NCBI GenBank assembly: GCA_033763135.1
Contig: JANRKY010000286.1
Location: 3,284 to 67,283, forward strand
Source of the DNA: Blastocatellia bacterium
GTDB taxonomy: Bacteria; Acidobacteriota; Blastocatellia; RBC074
Reading direction: 5' to 3'
Length of the DNA stretch: 64,000 nucleotides
In this document: piece by piece, positions 1 through 9,095 of the stretch
Position numbering within the stretch: the first letter of the stretch is position 1
Layout of the letters: every line of letters begins with the position of its first letter
Position numbers and translations under genes: made by a program
Notes under the pieces: model-generated
Told to the model about the DNA's origin: nothing
The model's database searches: none
What the model saw: the letters and a program-made list of their open reading frames with translations, nothing else

Positions 1-2240
1 CCGATGGAGCCTGCGGCGTGGGATACCTGATGGGGGGGAACAATCCGGGCTTCGCCTCGTCCGGCTTCAACGTAGTGCGGCGGGATTGCGTCAGTCCGAA
101 TTACAGTTTCGGCCACGAGCTGGGGCACAACCAGGGATTGAATCACGCGCGGTCGGACGCGGTCGGGACCGGCGCGTTCAACTATTCCTTCGGGTTCAAG
201 GATTCGTCCAATCTCTTTCGGACGGTGATGGCGTACAACTGTCCGGTGAACTGTCCGCGGGTGCTCCATTTTTCGAACCCGGATGTCAACTACAACGGGC
301 GGCCGACGGGGATCGACGAGGCCGCGAGCAATTCGGCCAACAACGCGCTGAGTCTGAACGGCACGCGCGTGACGGTGGCCAATTTCCGCGCGGCGGTGAC
401 GACCTGCAACTATTCCATCGCGCCGGCGAGCGCGAACTTTCCGGCCGGCGGCGGAACGGGCAGCATCACGATGACGGTGGGGGCGGGCTGCGGGTGGTCC
501 GCGACGGCCAATCAGACGTGGATCACCGTCACCGGCGGCGGCAGCGGAAGCGGCAACGGCGTGGTGAACTATTCCGTCGCGGCCAATACGACGACGAGCA
601 TTCGCACGGGCTCGATCACGATTGCCGGGCAGAACTTCCCGATCGAGCAGGCCGCCGGCAGCGGCGCCTGTCCGCAGACGCCGCTCCTTCTCGGGCAGAC
701 GGCGTCGGGAAGCCTCGGCGCGGGAGATTGCGTTTTGAATGACGGGAGCTATGTCGATCTCTACAGCTTCAGCGGGACGACGGGGCAGCAGATTTCGATC
801 AGTCACTCATCGGCGCAGTTCGACGCGTATCTGCTGCTTGCCGGGCCGGACGGCAACGTGATCGCGCAGGACGATAACGGGGGCGGAGGCGCCAACGCAC
901 GCATTCCGGCGGGCAGCGGGTTGTATACGCTGCCGGCGACGGGAAGCTACACGATCTATGCGAACTCTCTGACGGCGGGCGAGACGGGCAGTTACTCGCT
1001 CGGCACGGCGGTCAGTCCGCCGACGCCGGCCGGGCTGCAGTTCTATCCGCTGGCGCGGCCGATTCGCCTGCTGGATACACGAGCATCGGCGAGTCCGAAC
1101 GCGTGCAACAAGCCGCTGGCGCAGATCCCGGGCGGGACCGCGCGGACGCAGCCTGCGCGCGGCCTGTGCGATGGATTGACGATCCCGGCGAACGCGGCGG
1201 CGATCACCGGCAACATCACGACCGTGCAGTCGGGCGGCGGCTTTCTGACGCTCTATCCGAGCGATGTTTCGCGGCCGACGGTTGCGAACTCGAACTACGG
1301 CGCAAATGAGATTCTGAACAATGTCTTCACCGTCGGGCTCGGGGCGAGTGACGGGGCGTTCAAGATTTATGTGACGACGAACACGGATGTCGTGGTGGAT
1401 GTGACGGGATATTACGCGCCGCCGGGAACAGGCGGGCTCTATTTTCATCCGCTGCCGAGGCCGGTGCGATTGCTCGAAACGCGCGCGGGCCTGTCGGGCT
1501 GTTATGCGCCGGGCAATCCGCTGCCGGGCGCGACGGAGACGACCCAGCAGGCGACAGGGGCCTGCGCGGGGCTCACGATTCCGTCCAATGCGCGCGCCAT
1601 CGTCGGCAATGCGACGACGGTCAGCCCGCAGGGAACGGGGGCGCAATTTTTCACGCTGTTCCCGGCGGACGCGGCGCGCCCGCTGGTGGCGAGTTCGAAC
1701 TATTCCGCGGGCCAGGTGATGAACGCTCCGTTTACCGTGGGCCTTTCGTCGACGGGCGCCTTCAAGATTCATCCGACGACGCAAACGCATCTCGTGATCG
1801 ACGTCACCGGGTACTACAGCCCGGACGCCACGGATGCCAACGGCGCCGGCCTGCGCTTCCATTCCCTGGCGGCGCCCATCCGCCTGCTCGAAACGCGCGC
1901 CGGTCTCAGCGGCTGTTATGCGCCGGGCGGCCAACTGCTCGCGGAAAGCGTGCGGACGCAGCCCGCGCGCGGCAATTGCGGCGGACTGACGGTGCCGGTC
2001 AACGCCGCGGCGCTGGTCGGCAACGCCACCGTCGTTCAGCCCCTCGCCGGCGGCTGGCTCACCTTCTGGCCGAGCGACGCAGCGACGCAGCCGACGGCGG
2101 CGGCGTCGAATTACGCCACCGGGCAGATCTTCAACCGCCACTTCATCGTGGGATTGGGGAGCGCTGATGGGGCGTTCAGGATCTACACAAAGGCGACGAC
2201 GCATCTGGTGATCGATCTGGCGGGCTATTTCGCGCCGTGA
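1..2240 (+). CDS. Secreted multidomain zinc metalloprotease, 5' end truncated by the window edge. Reprolysin-like HExxHxxGxxH catalytic domain, an Ig-like domain, a pre-peptidase C-terminal (PPC) domain and three tandem ~140 aa beta-rich repeats.
   Basis: ORF 18..2240, open to the window start. Motif GHELGHNQGLNHA. PPC-like segment DCVLNDGSYVDLYSFSG...FDAYLLLAGPDGNVIAQDDNGGGG. Three repeats each beginning RLLDTRA/RLLETRAGLSGCYAPG and ending VTGYYAP/AGYFAP. Confidence 0.7.
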   Translation, partial: DGACGVGYLMGGNNPGFASSGFNVVRRDCVSPNYSFGHELGHNQGLNHARSDAVGTGAFNYSFGFKDSSNLFRTVMAYNCPVNCPRVLHFSNPDVNYNGRPTGIDEAASNSANNALSLNGTRVTVANFRAAVTTCNYSIAPASANFPAGGGTGSITMTVGAGCGWSATANQTWITVTGGGSGSGNGVVNYSVAANTTTSIRTGSITIAGQNFPIEQAAGSGACPQTPLLLGQTASGSLGAGDCVLNDGSYVDLYSFSGTTGQQISISHSSAQFDAYLLLAGPDGNVIAQDDNGGGGANARIPAGSGLYTLPATGSYTIYANSLTAGETGSYSLGTAVSPPTPAGLQFYPLARPIRLLDTRASASPNACNKPLAQIPGGTARTQPARGLCDGLTIPANAAAITGNITTVQSGGGFLTLYPSDVSRPTVANSNYGANEILNNVFTVGLGASDGAFKIYVTTNTDVVVDVTGYYAPPGTGGLYFHPLPRPVRLLETRAGLSGCYAPGNPLPGATETTQQATGACAGLTIPSNARAIVGNATTVSPQGTGAQFFTLFPADAARPLVASSNYSAGQVMNAPFTVGLSSTGAFKIHPTTQTHLVIDVTGYYSPDATDANGAGLRFHSLAAPIRLLETRAGLSGCYAPGGQLLAESVRTQPARGNCGGLTVPVNAAALVGNATVVQPLAGGWLTFWPSDAATQPTAAASNYATGQIFNRHFIVGLGSADGAFRIYTKATTHLVIDLAGYFAP

Positions 2241-2306
2241 TGAGGGCGTGAGGAGAAGCGGGATTTCGTCTTCGTGGCGGGCCCCTGAGAAGAGGAGCGT
2301 GAGGAG

Positions 2307-3989
2307 TTGTCGCGGAAGCGGAATCAATTGTGGGAGGGCGTGGCGGTTGTGCTTCTGGCCCTGTCTCCGAGTTATCTCTGGCTGGCGTTGGATCGAGACG
2401 CCTTTGGCGGGGACCAGTCGGAGTATGGGACGACGTCCATTACTCTCTATCGGACTCTGACGCAATACCCGCGACAATGGCCGGCGGCCATGTTGCAGGC
2501 GCTGCCTTCGCGTGGGCCGGCGTTGGGATGGATCGGGCAGTTCTTCGTTCCCCTGGGAGAGCGGATCGGGTCGATCGACGTGGCCCTGTTATTGATGATC
2601 TGCCTGAGCCAGACGCTGAGCGTCTGGCTGATGTACCTGGCGATGCTGGCGCTGAGCGGCGGGCGGCGGGGAATCGCCGGGCTGGTTGCGGTTGCGATCA
2701 GCTCGGCGCCGTTGTTTGTCGGGCTTACCCACATGCTTTTCATCGAGCCGCTCCAACTGCTGGCGACAGCTCTCTGTATTTATCTGCTCAGTCGATGTCA
2801 GACGCGGGAGCCCGCGATCGTCCTGGGGCAGTTGCTCCTCCTGGGATCGGTCGCCGCGCTGGTCAAGGCGACGACGCTGCTCTTTATCTGCGCTTATGTG
2901 TCGGCGATTCTGGGGGAATCGCTGAGGCGGGGGCTGCGAGATCGTTCGTGGGGATGGCGGAGCGGGCGCGCCATGGTCGCGTGGGGAATTGGGATCGCGG
3001 CGGCGGCGCTCGCGGTTCTTTGGTACGGAGTGCATCTTCCCGTAGTGATTGCTCATACACGGTCCTCGGCCCTTGGGCCGACCGCCGCGGTATGGGGGAA
3101 GGAAGACACGTTTTTTCATACCCTGCAGTATTGGGGGCGCGAACTTTTCGAGAGCTTTTTTTACCTGCCGATCCTGGCGATCTTTCTTTCGCTGGTGGTT
3201 GTGGGCGTCGTTCTTTGGCGGCGGGGAATTGGAGAGGCTGACGGAAATCCGCGGCGATCCGATTTTCGCGGGGCCGCGCTCGTGTCCGCGGTTCAAATCG
3301 CGCTCACGCTCACGGTCTTCTCCTTTGGGTCGAACAGGATCGACCGGTTCCTGTTGCCTCTCTGGCCCTGCGTTGCGCTGCTGATTGGATGGGGTGTCGA
3401 CGAGATCCGGCAGCCGGGCGTGAAGAAGATGATCCAGGCCGCGTTTCTCGCGCAATTGCTGATCGTCCACGGCGCGATGTTCAAGCTCGTACCGGTCAAG
3501 TTTGCGCCTTCCTATTACGTGTTGCCGTTGCAGCGGGACTTGAAGAAGAAGCGCATCCTGGAAGAGGTGATCAATCGCACATGCGTGGAGCGGAGACATG
3601 AGCGATATCGTGTCGTGGTTGCAATTGATCCGACCATGTGGGGGGACTGGTTTGCGCCCGTGCCGGCGGGCTATGCGGCGGCAAAGCGATATGGCCTGGA
3701 GGCTCCGTGCGGCTTTGATTACGCCGGCGGCGGCTTTTTCGGGGCGAGCCTCGCGGAGACCTGGAGGCTTCTGGCGACGACGCCGCCGCAATATCTGCTC
3801 ATCAATGATCCGTCGAGATATCCCTTGTCTCCCAATGTACTGAACCGATCGCTGACCCCGGACAATCATGCCCGGTTGTTGGAGCTTCTACGAACAGACG
3901 GGTTGTTTGAAGAGCAGCCTCCATTGGGCGTCGATCCCGGGATCCTGGTATTTAAACGCAGGAGTCCGGGCCGGTCCGAGGCGCATTGA
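2307..3989 (+). CDS. Polytopic membrane glycosyltransferase of the GT-C fold (ArnT/PMT/GT39-like). The start codon is uncertain: TTG at 2307 or a downstream GTG.
   Basis: 560 aa ORF with more than 10 predicted hydrophobic helices. The N-terminal loop DRDAFGGDQSEY resembles the GT39/83 acidic loop. No ATG occurs before codon ~97. Confidence 0.5.
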   Translation: MSRKRNQLWEGVAVVLLALSPSYLWLALDRDAFGGDQSEYGTTSITLYRTLTQYPRQWPAAMLQALPSRGPALGWIGQFFVPLGERIGSIDVALLLMICLSQTLSVWLMYLAMLALSGGRRGIAGLVAVAISSAPLFVGLTHMLFIEPLQLLATALCIYLLSRCQTREPAIVLGQLLLLGSVAALVKATTLLFICAYVSAILGESLRRGLRDRSWGWRSGRAMVAWGIGIAAAALAVLWYGVHLPVVIAHTRSSALGPTAAVWGKEDTFFHTLQYWGRELFESFFYLPILAIFLSLVVVGVVLWRRGIGEADGNPRRSDFRGAALVSAVQIALTLTVFSFGSNRIDRFLLPLWPCVALLIGWGVDEIRQPGVKKMIQAAFLAQLLIVHGAMFKLVPVKFAPSYYVLPLQRDLKKKRILEEVINRTCVERRHERYRVVVAIDPTMWGDWFAPVPAGYAAAKRYGLEAPCGFDYAGGGFFGASLAETWRLLATTPPQYLLINDPSRYPLSPNVLNRSLTPDNHARLLELLRTDGLFEEQPPLGVDPGILVFKRRSPGRSEAH

Positions 3990-4019
3990 TGACGGCAGGA
4001 CGGCGCGCGGCGCGGCGGA

Positions 4020-7000
4020 TCAATCGATCATCGCCTCGGCCTGGAGCATCAGCGTGCGATCGATCAGCTCGGCGAGCATGACGTCTGTCAGGCTGCCCCG
4101 CTGGAGCTTGCGATTGAGCAGATGATCCTCGGTCGACGGCAGGTCTTCGTTATAGGTGCGGCGCTTCTCGTAGGAGGCGGTCGGCCCCAGTTTTCGCAGG
4201 ACGGGCTGATAGCTGTCGAAGGCGGCCTGGCTCGTCTCGACGAGACAGCGGGTCTGTTTCTTCTCGGCGATGAAGATATGCAGGCCGCGCTCGAGTTCGA
4301 GCTTCAGAAAGGCCTGCGGGAACTGGATGCCGAGCAGGATGGCGGCGACGCCGTCGATGGGCGCGGCGAAGAACTTCGCCGGCGTCTCGACCGGGATTCG
4401 CTGCAGGGCGGCGACGGTCGGCTCCTTCTTTTTCGAGGGGCGCGCCGCTTTGTGAATGAAATAGCAGAGCGAGATCTTTCGATCATGCAGCTTCGCGTAG
4501 GAATGATAGAGCTCCGCCAGTTCGAAGAGCCGCCGGGGCGATTCGCCATAGATCGCCAGCGTGACGACGTCCGGATTCTTGATGCGAAGCGCGTAGAGAT
4601 CGGTCAGGATGCGGTTCCAGCGGTTGGAGAGGGCATCGACGCGAACGCCGGCCTGCGTGAGATCGATTGTCTTCTTGCCGTAGAACTGGAGGAGCAGGTC
4701 GGCTTCGACCTGATTGATGTCGGCGCAGAAGTCGGCGATCGTCTGGCGCAGTTTTTTCAGCTGCGGGAGGGCTTCCAGACCGGCGAGGTCCTGGGGATTC
4801 TTCCATTTGCTTGTCTGGACGCGTTTTTCCAGGCGTTCGAGCGAGAAGATCTCGTTCTGCAGATTTCGCAGCGCGGCGCTGCGTTCGAGTTTTTGGGCGC
4901 GTCGACGGTAGAGCTGGCAGGACAGGGCGAGCAGCTTCGGCCGGTTGTTCTGCTGTTGGGTCTGGGCGGCGGCGCTCTCGGCGACTTTGCGGGTGTGCCA
5001 GGAGAGATGATCGGCCTCGACGCGAATGGCGATCTCGGCGACCTCGTTCGATTCGACCTGACAGAGTTCGACGGAGAGCGGCGCGACAAGTTCGCGTTCG
5101 ATGGCGCGTTTGAGCGGCCGGGCGCCGTATCGGGGATCGTAGCCGCGGCGTGCGAGATGGCGCGTGACCTCGTCGTCGATCTTGAGAACGACGTCGCGGA
5201 ACCGGAGCCCGTCGCGATGGCGGATCTTTTCGATCTCGCGTTCGGCGATTCGCAGGACCGTCGCTTCGTCGAGCGGGGCGAAGGGAACGATGCGGTCGAT
5301 GCGATTGAACATCTCGGGGCGCATCGCCTGGCGCACGGCGTTGGTGAAGTGTCGCGCGGCGGCCTCGCGCGTGGCATTGGCTTCGCCGAATCCCACGAGG
5401 CCGCGCTGGAACGACTGCGCGCCCAGATTCGACGTCATGATCACGACGGAGTTGGAGAAATCGGCGACGCGTCCCATGGCGTCGGTCAATCGGCCCTCGC
5501 CGAGCACCTGCAGCAGCAGATCGAAGAAGGAGGGATCGGCCTTTTCCAGTTCATCGAGCAGCACGACGGAGAAGGGTTGTTCCCGGACCTGCGCCGTCAG
5601 CAGGCCTTCTTTCCCGAAGACGCCGCCGACGAGGCGTGTGACGGCGAGCGGGTCGGCGTATTCACTCATATCGAACCGGACCATGCGGCCGCGATCCTGA
5701 AACAGAAATTCGGCCAGCGCCTTGGCCATCTCGGTCTTGCCGACGCCCGTCGGGCCGATGAAGAGCAGTGACGCGATCGGTTTTCGCGGTCGCGTCAGGC
5801 CGGCCTTGACGGTCGCCAGCAGATCGACGATCAGATGCACGGCGTCCGGCTGTCCCACGACCCGCGAGGCGAACCACTCCCGCACCGATTCCGGCTCCAT
5901 CCGCTCGTCTTCGCTGAGCAGCAGACGGGGCAGGCCCGTCTCTTTCGAGAAGGCGCGAATGACGTCCTCGGACTGCAGCTCCCGCTCGGTCTCGTGATCC
6001 TGCAGCAGGTTTCGAAGAAAGCGCACGGGGCGCCCCGGGCTGGCCGAATAGCCCGCGTATCGCTGATGGAGCTGATCGATGCGTTCGAGCGCCTCCAGAT
6101 GAATGCGGTCGTTCCCCTTCTCGACGGTGTCGGCGAGAGCGTAGCCGAGCAGGACGCCGCGCCGTCGCTCGGCGGTCGGCTCTTCGACCTTGATCTGCTG
6201 AAAGATGTCGAGCATCTTGCGATTGGCGCGATCGACGTGGGCGGCCTGTTCCGGCGTGCACTCCGCGATCACGAGCGCGTCGCCGCGCGCGATGAAGGGG
6301 CGCAGAAAGTCGGCGATGCCCTGTTCATTCCCGACATATTTTCCGACCTCCATCAGCTCGACGAGATTGCCGAAATAGAGGATCGCCCGCTGTTGCGCGG
6401 CCTCCTGCCAGAGCTGCCGGCATCGCTCCTGCCATTGTCCGAAGCCCGACATGCCCGCGACGAGGCGGGAGCCGTTCGTCGCATAAAAGGGCGTATGGGC
6501 GAACTGAAAATCGGCGCGGCGGCGGATCAGTTCGAAGACCGCCGCCGTCTTTCCGACGCCCGACGGGCCGACCAGCAGGACGCTGCGCGGAGACTTGCCC
6601 GAGAGGGCTTCCGCCATCTGCGCGACGACGGCCTCCATTTCATAGGCGACCGGCAGCGGGCGCGTCGTCAGATCGGTTGCGGCCTCGGCGAGGGCGGATC
6701 GCTTCTTCTCCTCGAACACGTTCTGTCGCGAGGCGATCTGTCGCGGCGTGAGCGCGTCGAGCTCGACCGTGTCCGCGGCGATGCGCAGGTCGATCTCCCG
6801 CTGCAGCCAGACAAGCCGGGCGAGCGATTCGCCGGCGCCCCGGCGCGCAAGCTCCGCGCGAATGTGGGGCGCGATGATCCGGTCGAGCGCCTCCATCGTC
6901 GCCGCTTTGGTCGAGACGATCTCGATGCCGAGCGTCGGCAGAAAGGCGATCGCGGCCGCGTCTCCATGCATCCACCGCACCCCGCGAAAACGAAGCTGCA

Positions 7001-7259
7001 CCGGCGTCCGCCAGAGCGGCGACTTTGCCGGGGGCGCGGCGACGAGCTCGTATTCGAATCGCTCGACCTCTCCAGCATGTCGTCGATGATGCGCATAGAG
7101 CGGCGGCGTGTCGGCCAGCAGCCGCTTTACGTTTTGCTTCAAACTCCCGATCACGCGCGAAGCCCTGCTTTCGACCCGAACCAGTTCGGGAAACAGCAGC
7201 GCCTGCGCCAGCAGGGTCTCGTTCTCAAGCTCGGTTATCAGGGTGATGATCGGCAGCAT
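4020..7259 (-). CDS. Atypical ClpA/ClpB-family double AAA+ ATPase. Unique ~200 aa N-domain, a D1 domain with a degenerate Walker B, an intact D2 domain, and an unassigned ~350 aa C-terminal extension.
   Basis: D1 Walker A is LLVGPSGVGKT. D1 Walker B reads ILYFGNLVELMEVG, where the ClpB consensus is ILFIDELHTMVGAG. D2 is FIGPTGVGKTEMAKALAEFLF, VRFDMSEY, VVLLDELEKA and GARPLKRAIERELVAPLS. The ORF runs to 7337 into the repeat island; the start is assumed to be the ATG at 7259. Confidence 0.75.
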   Translation of the reverse strand: MLPIITLITELENETLLAQALLFPELVRVESRASRVIGSLKQNVKRLLADTPPLYAHHRRHAGEVERFEYELVAAPPAKSPLWRTPVQLRFRGVRWMHGDAAAIAFLPTLGIEIVSTKAATMEALDRIIAPHIRAELARRGAGESLARLVWLQREIDLRIAADTVELDALTPRQIASRQNVFEEKKRSALAEAATDLTTRPLPVAYEMEAVVAQMAEALSGKSPRSVLLVGPSGVGKTAAVFELIRRRADFQFAHTPFYATNGSRLVAGMSGFGQWQERCRQLWQEAAQQRAILYFGNLVELMEVGKYVGNEQGIADFLRPFIARGDALVIAECTPEQAAHVDRANRKMLDIFQQIKVEEPTAERRRGVLLGYALADTVEKGNDRIHLEALERIDQLHQRYAGYSASPGRPVRFLRNLLQDHETERELQSEDVIRAFSKETGLPRLLLSEDERMEPESVREWFASRVVGQPDAVHLIVDLLATVKAGLTRPRKPIASLLFIGPTGVGKTEMAKALAEFLFQDRGRMVRFDMSEYADPLAVTRLVGGVFGKEGLLTAQVREQPFSVVLLDELEKADPSFFDLLLQVLGEGRLTDAMGRVADFSNSVVIMTSNLGAQSFQRGLVGFGEANATREAAARHFTNAVRQAMRPEMFNRIDRIVPFAPLDEATVLRIAEREIEKIRHRDGLRFRDVVLKIDDEVTRHLARRGYDPRYGARPLKRAIERELVAPLSVELCQVESNEVAEIAIRVEADHLSWHTRKVAESAAAQTQQQNNRPKLLALSCQLYRRRAQKLERSAALRNLQNEIFSLERLEKRVQTSKWKNPQDLAGLEALPQLKKLRQTIADFCADINQVEADLLLQFYGKKTIDLTQAGVRVDALSNRWNRILTDLYALRIKNPDVVTLAIYGESPRRLFELAELYHSYAKLHDRKISLCYFIHKAARPSKKKEPTVAALQRIPVETPAKFFAAPIDGVAAILLGIQFPQAFLKLELERGLHIFIAEKKQTRCLVETSQAAFDSYQPVLRKLGPTASYEKRRTYNEDLPSTEDHLLNRKLQRGSLTDVMLAELIDRTLMLQAEAMID

Positions 7260-7602
7260 CTGTAATTGAGAATTGACAATGGAGAATTGATAATTGGCAG
7301 CCGTCCGCCGCGGCGCCCGCCAACTATCAACCATCAATTGTCAAATTTCAATTCTCAACTATCAATTCTCGTCTCTTGCCGCATTTCTTCTCGCGGGTTA
7401 CATTGCCTTTCGCACGAGCAATACATCCCTTTACGAATCAGGCCGGCGGGAACTGGGAATTGAGAATTGAGAATTGAGGATTGAGAATTGATCGTCCGTC
7501 GACATCGATGTCGACGGCCAGGGCTCCACGATCAATCGTCAATTCTCAATTCTCAATTCTCAATTCTCAATTCTCAATTCCCCGGGCGTTTTCGAGGCAT
7601 TC
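7260..7602. repeat. AT-rich island of nested inverted repeats built from AATTGAGA/TCTCAATT octamers. It lies in the divergent promoter region between the AAA+ ATPase gene and the SDR gene.
   Basis: IR-A has imperfect arms at 7263-7297 and 7321-7370. IR-B has 37 nt arms at 7456-7492 and 7538-7574 with 2 mismatches. They flank a perfect 22 bp palindrome CCGTCGACATCGATGTCGACGG at 7496-7517. Confidence 0.85.
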
Positions 7603-8364
7603 ATGAAAATCGAAGGAAATACATTTCTCGTCTCCGGCGGCGCGTCGGGGCTGGGAGGCGCGACATCGACGCTGCTCGCGAAGGCGGGGGCGAATGTCGT
7701 CATCGCGGATCTCAACAGAGACAAGGGAGAGGCGCTGGCGCGCGAGCTGAATGCGGCGTTCATCGAGGCCAATGTGGCCGAGGAGGAGAGCGTGGGGCGG
7801 GCGGTGGCCGAAGCCGTATCGCGCTTTGGCCGGCTCGACGGAGCGATCAACTGCGCGGGGATCGGGGTGGCGGAGAAGACCGTCGGCAAGGACGGGCCGC
7901 ATTCGCTCGCTTCGTTCAAGCGGGTGATCGAGGTCAATCTGATCGGAACATTCAATGTGATCCGGCTGGCGGCGGCGCAGATGGCCGGGCAGGAACCCAA
8001 TGCCGGCGGGGAGCGGGGCGTGATCATCAATACGGCCTCGATCGCGGCCTTTGACGGGCAGATCGGCCAGGCCGCCTATTCGGCCTCGAAGGGAGGCATC
8101 GTCGGCATGACGCTGCCGATCGCGCGCGATCTGGCCCGCACCGGGATCCGCGTCGTGACGATCGCGCCGGGGCTCTTCGATACGCCCTTGCTTGCGGGGC
8201 TGCCCGAGGATGTCAAAAAGGTCCTCGGCGGCCAGGTCCCGTTTCCCTCGCGCCTCGGCAATCCCGCCGAGTTCGCCGCGCTCGCCCGCCATATCATCGA
8301 GAACGAAATGCTCAACGGCGAAGTGATCCGTCTCGACGGGGCGCTTCGCATGCCCCCGAAATAG
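7603..8364 (+). CDS. Short-chain dehydrogenase/reductase of the 3-hydroxyacyl-CoA dehydrogenase type (HSD17B10/FadB2-like).
   Basis: TGxxxGxG cofactor-binding motif ([13 protein letters not shown]). YSASK catalytic motif. 253 aa. Confidence 0.8.
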   Translation: MKIEGNTFLVSGGASGLGGATSTLLAKAGANVVIADLNRDKGEALARELNAAFIEANVAEEESVGRAVAEAVSRFGRLDGAINCAGIGVAEKTVGKDGPHSLASFKRVIEVNLIGTFNVIRLAAAQMAGQEPNAGGERGVIINTASIAAFDGQIGQAAYSASKGGIVGMTLPIARDLARTGIRVVTIAPGLFDTPLLAGLPEDVKKVLGGQVPFPSRLGNPAEFAALARHIIENEMLNGEVIRLDGALRMPPK

Positions 8365-8372
8365 ACGACGCG

Positions 8373-8410
8373 TCGCCGCGTCGCCGCGTCGATTTTTCGT
8401 CAAACCAATA
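8373..8410 (+). terminator. Putative intrinsic terminator downstream of the SDR gene.
   Basis: GC-rich palindromic stem GACGCGTCGCCGCGTCGCCGCGTC followed by GATTTTTCG. Confidence 0.4.
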
Positions 8411-8445
8411 ACCCACGTTACATCATCAACCGGAGGTCTTGTTCA

Positions 8446-8904
8446 ATGAAACGCATGATTCAACTGTTCGCGCTCGCCCTGCTTCTTTCGACGGTGTCCG
8501 CGCTGGCCGCGGCGCAGACGGCGCCCGCGCCGCCGCAGATCGCGCCGAGCCCCTCGATCGCGAAGGATTCGAAATGCTTCGAGATTCGCACCTATTATGC
8601 GGCGCCGGGGAAGCTGGAGGAGCTGCACGCGCGGTTTCGCAATCACACGATGAAGCTCTTCAAGAAGCATGGGATGGGCGTCGTCGGTTTCTGGGGCCCG
8701 ACCGACAAGGAGAAGGGCTCGGAGAACACGCTCGTGTATGTGATGGTCTTCCCGAGCCGGGAGGCGCGCAACAAGGCGTGGGCGGCGTTTGCGGCCGATC
8801 CCGAATGGAAGAAGGCGCGGGAAGAGAGCGAGAAGAACGGGAAGCTGACCGAGAAGGTCGATTCCGTGATTCTGGGCGCGACCGATTATTCTCCCATCAA
8901 ATAA
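8446..8904 (+). CDS. NIPSNAP-family protein with an N-terminal signal peptide.
   Basis: Signal peptide [31 protein letters not shown]-like core [17 protein letters not shown]...GFWGP. GGAGG lies 8 nt upstream of the ATG. Confidence 0.65.
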   Translation: MKRMIQLFALALLLSTVSALAAAQTAPAPPQIAPSPSIAKDSKCFEIRTYYAAPGKLEELHARFRNHTMKLFKKHGMGVVGFWGPTDKEKGSENTLVYVMVFPSREARNKAWAAFAADPEWKKAREESEKNGKLTEKVDSVILGATDYSPIK

Positions 8905-8939
8905 CTGGCCTTGATCGTCGTTTCGGCCATAACGAGCGA

Positions 8940-9040
8940 GAGATTGCCACAGAGCCACGGAGGCACAGAGTCGAGAGCGGAGAAAATCCGGTTTTTCTGG
9001 CATTCTCCGCGCCTCTGTGGCTCTGTGGCCTGTCTCCCGT
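8940..9040. repeat. Long imperfect hairpin whose arms are tandem CCACAGAG octamers.
   Basis: The left arm GCCACAGAGCCACGGAGGCACAGAG... pairs with the right arm ...GCGCCTCTGTGGCTCTGTGGC. Intergenic, between the NIPSNAP gene and the TPP-enzyme gene. Confidence 0.6.
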
Positions 9041-9095
9041 TCCATCGTGGCCGAATCGATGATCAAAGCCAAATAACTCGCGGGGCGCAACACAC

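Noticed and set aside
807-2477. 556 aa Arg-rich minus-strand ORF antisense to the metalloprotease gene
   Set aside because: Typical high-GC antisense artefact with low-complexity R/A/G-rich translation. It overlaps a well-supported gene on the other strand. The same applies to 2589..3869(-), 9063..11840(-), 12208..13743(-), 13491..15758(+), 35258..36709(+), 41276..43222(+), 47968..49905(-), 51053..53962(-), 56728..58182(-), 57207..59435(+) and 60259..61212(+).
7260-7337. Extension of the AAA+ ATPase N-terminus (MVDSWRAPRRTAANYQFSIVNSQLQ) through inverted repeat IR-A
   Set aside because: The residues are encoded by the simple-repeat palindrome. The ORF's own start is a TTG, and no RBS is present. 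The start was placed at the ATG at 7259, with uncertainty.
7440-7575. Possible CRISPR array, suggested by regularly spaced AATTGAGA repeats
   Set aside because: The units are 8 bp and directly abutting. There are no spacers, no 25-40 bp repeat unit and no cas genes. It is an inverted-repeat structure, not a direct-repeat array.
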